Source: an uncultured bacterium (GTDB taxonomy: Bacteria; Krumholzibacteriota; Krumholzibacteriia; Krumholzibacteriales; Krumholzibacteriaceae). From it: 64,000 nt of DNA. The notes under the pieces were generated by a model that ran no database searches, had not been told where the DNA came from, and saw only the letters and a program-made list of their open reading frames with translations. Made by a program: the position numbers and the translations under genes. Positions 59,344-64,000 of this stretch are shown here, piece by piece. The stretch spans positions 1 through 64,000 of the forward strand of contig CBDUYR010000010.1 in NCBI GenBank assembly GCA_965371515.1, written 5' to 3'. The number at the start of each line of letters is the position of its first letter. Within the stretch, counting starts at the first letter, position 1.

Positions 59344-59539
59344 GACTTTCGGAGCTGCGAGGCTTCGGAGCGACCGGCCCCGGCAGCGGCGAGTGTGGTG
59401 AATCGTGGAAGTGAACGCCGCCAGCCGGAGCCGAGATAGATACGATTCGGCGGCGCATGAGGCATGCCGCAAGGCTATGCCCTGCACCCACAAAAGTCCG
59501 CCGAAAATAAGGCCCCCGGTGTTCGCGCCGGGGGCTTTT
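59344..59539 (+). ncRNA. Structured non-coding RNA, possibly 6S (SsrS)-like
   Basis: Own promoter and terminator; no credible ORF; GACTTT/AAAGTC end pairing; GGAGC...GCATG...GCACCCAC blocks resemble 6S RNAs as I recall them. Confidence 0.6.
59509..59539 (+). terminator. Intrinsic terminator of the ncRNA
   Basis: AAGGCCCCCGGTG-TTCG-CGCCGGGGGCTTTT. Confidence 0.85.
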
Positions 59540-59545
59540 AATGAC

Positions 59546-59574
59546 AGACCCCCCGACCATCGGCCGGGGGGTCT
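59546..59574 (-). terminator. Hairpin, likely terminator of ald
   Basis: AGACCCCCCG/CGGGGGGTCT 10-bp stem downstream of the ald stop; U-tract is weak. Confidence 0.6.
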
Positions 59575-59611
59575 CCTTCTTGTCTATTCCGCCGTCTCCA
59601 GAATGGCAGCT

Positions 59612-60724
59612 TTATATAATGTCTTCGAGCGCCGTGTACTTCATCCTGAAGGCACGCGCCACGGCCGCGTCGGTTATCTGTCCGCGGAGCGTGTTGACAC
59701 CCGTCCAGATCGTCGGGTTGCCCTTGGCGGCCTTCACCCAGCCCTTGTTGGCGATCTCGAGGGCGTAGGGGAATGTGGCGTTGGTCAGCGCGTAGGTCGA
59801 GGTGCGCGAGACAGCGCCCGGCATGTTGGCCACGGCGTAGTGGATGACGCCATCGACCTCGTAGATCGGCTTCGAATGCGTCGTCGGCTTGATCGTCTCG
59901 ATGCAGCCGCCCTGATCGACCGCCACGTCGACTATTACGGAGCCCTGTTTCATGAGCTTGAGCATCCTGCGCGTGACGAGCTTCGGAGCCTTCGCGCCGG
60001 GGATCAGCACGGCGCCGATGACGAGGTCGGCCTTGGCGATCTCCTGGCGAATGTTCGCCGGGTTCGACATCAGCGTCGTCACGTTCGCGGGAAGGACGTC
60101 GGCGAGATAGCGCAGACGCTCGAGATTGATATCGAGGATCGTCACGCTCGCGCCGAGACCTGCGGCCATCTTGGCTGCGTGCGTCCCGACGACTCCGCCG
60201 CCGAGGATCGTCACGTGCGCGGGGTCGACGCCCGGCACTCCGCCGAGCAGGATGCCGAGGCCGCCCATCGGTTTCTCGAGATACTTGGCGCCTTCCTGGA
60301 CGGCCATCCGCCCGGCCACCTCGCTCATCGGGGTGAGCAGGGGAAGGGTTCCGTCCTCGCCGACCATCGTCTCGTATGCGATGCAGATCGCGCCGCTCTT
60401 GAGCATGCCCATCGTGAGGGGCTTGTTTGCGGCGTAATGGAAGTATGTGAAGATGATCTGCTCTTTGCGTGACCTCTTGATCTCGACGGGCTGCGGCTCC
60501 TTGACCTTGATGATCATGTCGGCCTTCTTCCAGATCTGGGCGGCCGAGCGGACGATCTGCGCGCCGGCTGCACGGTACTCGGCATCGCTGATGCCGCTGC
60601 CGAGACCTGCGCCCTTCTCTACAAGAACCCTGTGCCTGCGCCTGGCGAGTATCTCCGCGCCAACGGGAAGAAGGGCGACTCGATGCTCGTCCTTCTTTAT
60701 CTCTTTCGGAACGCCAATAATCAT
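59612..60724 (-). CDS. ald: Alanine dehydrogenase
   Basis: IGVPKEIK, KVKEP, PMSEVAGR, GGGVVG, DVAVDQGG and ANMPGAV; ATG 60724 after GAGGTG. Confidence 0.95.
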   Translation of the reverse strand: MIIGVPKEIKKDEHRVALLPVGAEILARRRHRVLVEKGAGLGSGISDAEYRAAGAQIVRSAAQIWKKADMIIKVKEPQPVEIKRSRKEQIIFTYFHYAANKPLTMGMLKSGAICIAYETMVGEDGTLPLLTPMSEVAGRMAVQEGAKYLEKPMGGLGILLGGVPGVDPAHVTILGGGVVGTHAAKMAAGLGASVTILDINLERLRYLADVLPANVTTLMSNPANIRQEIAKADLVIGAVLIPGAKAPKLVTRRMLKLMKQGSVIVDVAVDQGGCIETIKPTTHSKPIYEVDGVIHYAVANMPGAVSRTSTYALTNATFPYALEIANKGWVKAAKGNPTIWTGVNTLRGQITDAAVARAFRMKYTALEDII

Positions 60725-60848
60725 CTGGTTCACCTCTGTTATAGGTCCGGGCCCGCCGAAAATTGAACTAACTGCCTCTTAACGAGGAATAATATAATAA
60801 ACCTCGGCCCGAAATGAAACAACCCCCAATTTGGAGAAACGGGGCTAC

Positions 60849-62237
60849 ATGAGAGACGATACATCCGAGGCCGGCGAGGGCGGCGAAGGAGGCCGGTGGA
60901 AGGCCGTGCTGACCGAGGGACCGACCGGCAGGACCCTGCTGAGACTCACCGTCCCGATGGTCGCCGGCATCCTCGGAATGGTCGCCTTCAATCTCACCGA
61001 CACCTTCTTCGTCGGCCGGCTCGGCACGACCGAGCTGGCAGCGCTGAGCTTCACCTTCCCCATGGTCCTCGTCCTCGTCAGGTTCACCCTGGGACTGGGA
61101 ATGGGCGCGTCGGCGCTCATCTCCAGGGCCGTCGGCAGAGGAGACTCCCACGCGGTTCGCAGGCTCACGACGGACAGCCTCAGCCTGGCGCTGCTGGCGG
61201 TAGTTATATTCGTCGCCGTCGGTTTTCTCACGATGGACCCTGTCATCAGGGCGCTCGGCGCCGATGCGGAGATCCTGCCGCTCGTGAAGACATACATGTC
61301 GATCTGGCTCGCCGGCCTGTTCTTCGTCTTCTTCCCGATGATCAGCAACAACGCCATCCGCGCCAACGGCGACACGAAGACACCCGCCCTTATCATGCTT
61401 ACGGCTGTATGCGCGAACATCATCCTCGATCCCCTCCTGATATTCGGCATCGGGCCCTTCCCGCGCCTCGGCCTGGCCGGCGCCGCGGTGGCGACGGTGC
61501 TGACGAGGGCGATCACATTCGCGGTGACCTTCTATATAGTCCATTTCAGGCTGAGGATGCTCACCTTCGAGAGGGTGCCCTTCGCAGAGGTGCTCGCCTC
61601 GTGGAAGAGGCTCCTCTACATCGGCCTGCCGGCGGCGGCGACGAGGGTCATCGTGCCGATCGGGATCGGGGTGCTGACGAGGATGATCGCCGGGAGCGGC
61701 CCGAAGGCCGTTGCAGCGTTCGGGGTCGCAACAAAGGTCGATTTCTTCGCCATGGCCGTCATATTCGCCCTCTCGAGCGTGCTCGGCCCGTTCACCGGCC
61801 AGAACTGGGGGGCGGCCAGGACAGGCAGGGTGAAGAAGGGGATCTCGCTGAGCGGCAGGTTCGCCTTCTTCTGGGGTATAGGCATGTTCGCTCTCCTCGC
61901 TGCTTTCGCCGGGCCGATCGCCTCGATATTCAGCAGTGACCCGGAGGTCGTCTCCACCATAGTCCTCTACATAAGGACCGTGGCTGCGGCATACTGCATG
62001 TACGGGGTTTTCGTGATATCGTCTCTCGTGTTGAACGTGCTGCACAGGCCTATACACTCAGCCCTCCTCGCCGCGGTGCAGACCTTCGTGTTCACAGTGC
62101 CGATGGCCTGGGCGGGGATGAACCTTGCCGGCATCAAGGGTATGTTCGCCGGGATCGGCGCCTCGTACGCCCTCGCGGGATTCGTCGCGTACCTCGTTCT
62201 GAAGAGGGTCCTGTCCCGGCTGGAGGAGAGGGGATGA
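60849..62237 (+). CDS. MATE family efflux transporter
   Basis: DTFFVGRLG, RANGDTKTP, NIILDPLLIFG, GAAVAT and GQNWGA. Confidence 0.92.
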   Translation: MRDDTSEAGEGGEGGRWKAVLTEGPTGRTLLRLTVPMVAGILGMVAFNLTDTFFVGRLGTTELAALSFTFPMVLVLVRFTLGLGMGASALISRAVGRGDSHAVRRLTTDSLSLALLAVVIFVAVGFLTMDPVIRALGADAEILPLVKTYMSIWLAGLFFVFFPMISNNAIRANGDTKTPALIMLTAVCANIILDPLLIFGIGPFPRLGLAGAAVATVLTRAITFAVTFYIVHFRLRMLTFERVPFAEVLASWKRLLYIGLPAAATRVIVPIGIGVLTRMIAGSGPKAVAAFGVATKVDFFAMAVIFALSSVLGPFTGQNWGAARTGRVKKGISLSGRFAFFWGIGMFALLAAFAGPIASIFSSDPEVVSTIVLYIRTVAAAYCMYGVFVISSLVLNVLHRPIHSALLAAVQTFVFTVPMAWAGMNLAGIKGMFAGIGASYALAGFVAYLVLKRVLSRLEERG

Positions 62238-63172
62238 GAGCTTTCGAAACGGCAGTCATGAACGAAGACGTTATCCTCACCGAGGGCTCGGTGATCGAGC
62301 GGCTGCACAGGCGCGGCACCCGTCTCGACGAGCATCTCCTCGCCGCCTCCCTCGTCCTCGAGGAGGCGGGCAGGTCGATCCTGAGGGAGATATACAGGTC
62401 GTACATAGACGTCGCGGCGGAAACGGGCCTGCCGATCATGATCCTCGCGCCGACGTGGAAGGCTGGCGCCGGGCCGTGCGGCAGGGTGGGGCTCGACATG
62501 GAGATGCTGAATTCCGCATGCGTCGGATTCGTGAGAGAGATCGCCTCAGAGTATCCCCCGCTCGAGGGCAGGATATTCATCGGCGGGCTCGTCGGAAGCA
62601 GGGGAGACGCCTACCGCCCCGATGAGGCCCTTCCCCGAGGCGAGGCGAGACGGTACCACGCCCCCCAGATCGAGGTCCTCCGTGACAGCGGCGTCGATTT
62701 CGTCATGGCCTCGACCCTTCCATCGGTCGAAGAGGCTTCGGGGATCGCGATGGCTGCCGGCGACGCCGACGCACCTTTTGTCATGAGCTATGTCCCGAGG
62801 AGCGACGGGAGGGTCCTCGACGGCACCTTTCTCGGCGAGGCGGTCGAGCGCATCGACGGGCTCGGCTGCGATCCTCCGCTGTTTCACATGGCCAACTGCA
62901 TCCACCCGGCCAACTTCGCGCGCGCGATGGGGAGGGACGAGAACGCTCCGCTCGTATCTTCCGGGAGGCTGATCGGCCTCCAGGCGAATGCCTCCATGCT
63001 CGACCCCGATGAGCTCGATGGCCGCGAGGAGCTCGACGCAGACGACCCGGTCAGGTGGGCAGGCGCGATGGCGGCTCTGCGCGCGGAATTCGGCATAAAG
63101 GTCCTCGGTGGCTGCTGCGGCACCGATGAGCCGTATATCCGCCGCCTGGCGCAGTTCCTCGCGGAGCATTAA
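62234..63172 (+). CDS. Homocysteine S-methyltransferase family protein
   Basis: EG.VIERL, RGDAY, ANC.HP and GGCCGT zinc ligands. Confidence 0.88.
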   Translation: MRAFETAVMNEDVILTEGSVIERLHRRGTRLDEHLLAASLVLEEAGRSILREIYRSYIDVAAETGLPIMILAPTWKAGAGPCGRVGLDMEMLNSACVGFVREIASEYPPLEGRIFIGGLVGSRGDAYRPDEALPRGEARRYHAPQIEVLRDSGVDFVMASTLPSVEEASGIAMAAGDADAPFVMSYVPRSDGRVLDGTFLGEAVERIDGLGCDPPLFHMANCIHPANFARAMGRDENAPLVSSGRLIGLQANASMLDPDELDGREELDADDPVRWAGAMAALRAEFGIKVLGGCCGTDEPYIRRLAQFLAEH

Positions 63173-63310
63173 TAGTATTTCTGATTTATTTTCTCAGGAT
63201 AAATTGTTATAATTCCCTGTTCTCAGGCTCATCATATGGGGCACGGCCAAGCCGTGAGAAATGCCTGAATTTGATTTATCGGGAGTTCTCTCCTGGAGAG
63301 GAGCGATGCA

Positions 63311-64000
63311 ATGAAACGAAATATCGTAATGAGAAGATTTCTCGCCGCGGCCGTTCTGGCTGTTGTCATCTCAGCGCTGGGAATAGGCAGCGGCAGAGCA
63401 TGGGACGGCGACGGGCCGCTGATAATCGATCATACCTGCACCGACCTCTCGAAGATACCGTCTTCGTGGATCGATTCGGCCAAGGCAGAGATGAGGATGT
63501 ACTACGGGCACACTTCTCACGGCAGTCAGGTAACCTGTGGGCTGGAACAGATCGAACTGGCGGATCCATTTTTCGCGGTTGCCATTGGTTACAGGGTGCT
63601 GCCTGCCGAGCCGAATGTTTTCTGCGTAAATGACGACCCGGGTATCAACCCGGCCTATTACTGCTTGACCCAAACCGGCATGGACAGGACGAGGGCGGCA
63701 CTGAACGATAATCCCACGATCAACATCTCGATGTTCATGTGGTGCGTCGAGCTCAATTACTGGACGGCGGAGCAGGTGGAGGAGTATTTCGATTCGACAG
63801 AGGTCCTCGAGGCGGAGTTCCCCCAAGTAACGTTCATCTATGCTACGGGTAACGCCCAGTACGCGGGCGGGGACGGCTACAACAGGTTGCTGCGCAACGA
63901 GCAGATAAGGGTGTACTGCACCGCCAACGAGAAGGTCCTCTTCGATTTCGCCGATATGGACGTCTGGTGGTACAATCCGGCAACCCCCGGCTGGGAGCAG
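63311..64000 (+). CDS. Secreted hypothetical protein, possible SGNH-like hydrolase fold (runs off the window end)
   Basis: Not in the ORF track; GAGGAG RBS; signal peptide then IIDHTCTDLSKIP..WI..AK...YYGHTSHGSQ...RNEQIR.YC....VLFDFAD; frame open to 64000. Confidence 0.7.
   Translation, partial: MKRNIVMRRFLAAAVLAVVISALGIGSGRAWDGDGPLIIDHTCTDLSKIPSSWIDSAKAEMRMYYGHTSHGSQVTCGLEQIELADPFFAVAIGYRVLPAEPNVFCVNDDPGINPAYYCLTQTGMDRTRAALNDNPTINISMFMWCVELNYWTAEQVEEYFDSTEVLEAEFPQVTFIYATGNAQYAGGDGYNRLLRNEQIRVYCTANEKVLFDFADMDVWWYNPATPGWEQ

Noticed and set aside
59344..59539. tmRNA, RNase P RNA or SAM-I riboswitch as the identity of the ncRNA
   Set aside because: No tRNA-like ends, no complete RNase P P4 elements, too short for either RNA, only a partial SAM-I resemblance and no downstream gene on this strand

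Overview
This window is the chromosomal replication-origin region of a GC-rich diderm bacterium. A FlgD-Ig/T9SS-type C-terminal domain, SurA, a bactofilin and a predicted outer-membrane barrel suggest an FCB-adjacent candidate phylum such as Krumholzibacteriota or Latescibacterota; this is inference only. Most genes point away from the origin region at about 14.8-16.8 kb. Leftward run dnaA-dnaN-recF-dciA-gyrB-gyrA-(secreted protein)-hflX. Rightward run rpmH-rnpA-yidD-yidC-jag-mnmE-mnmG-rsmG-[2 parS]-(lipoprotein)-parA-parB-M23-bactofilin, then a convergent hsp20. These are followed by an S9 peptidase, MoxR/DUF58/vWA, mfd, three parvulin PPIases, an S4 protein, pdxA, ftsEX-envC, holB, ricT, metG, a TatD-radical SAM fusion and rsmA. 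The right end holds an uncharacterised barrel plus lipoprotein array, pdxJ, a stand-alone structured ncRNA, ald, a MATE transporter and a homocysteine methyltransferase. I found no mobile element, CRISPR array, rRNA or tRNA. The best leads are: (1) a promoter- and terminator-bounded RNA of about 155-195 nt at 59.3-59.5 kb, partly 6S-like but atypical; (2) the barrel/lipoprotein paralogue array with a start-less third copy; (3) a Bacillus-like oriC unwinding module with DnaA-trios; (4) a probable ATA start codon for holB; (5) a sigma-54 promoter with an enhancer-like palindrome for hsp20. All calls come from reading the sequence by eye; no searches were run.
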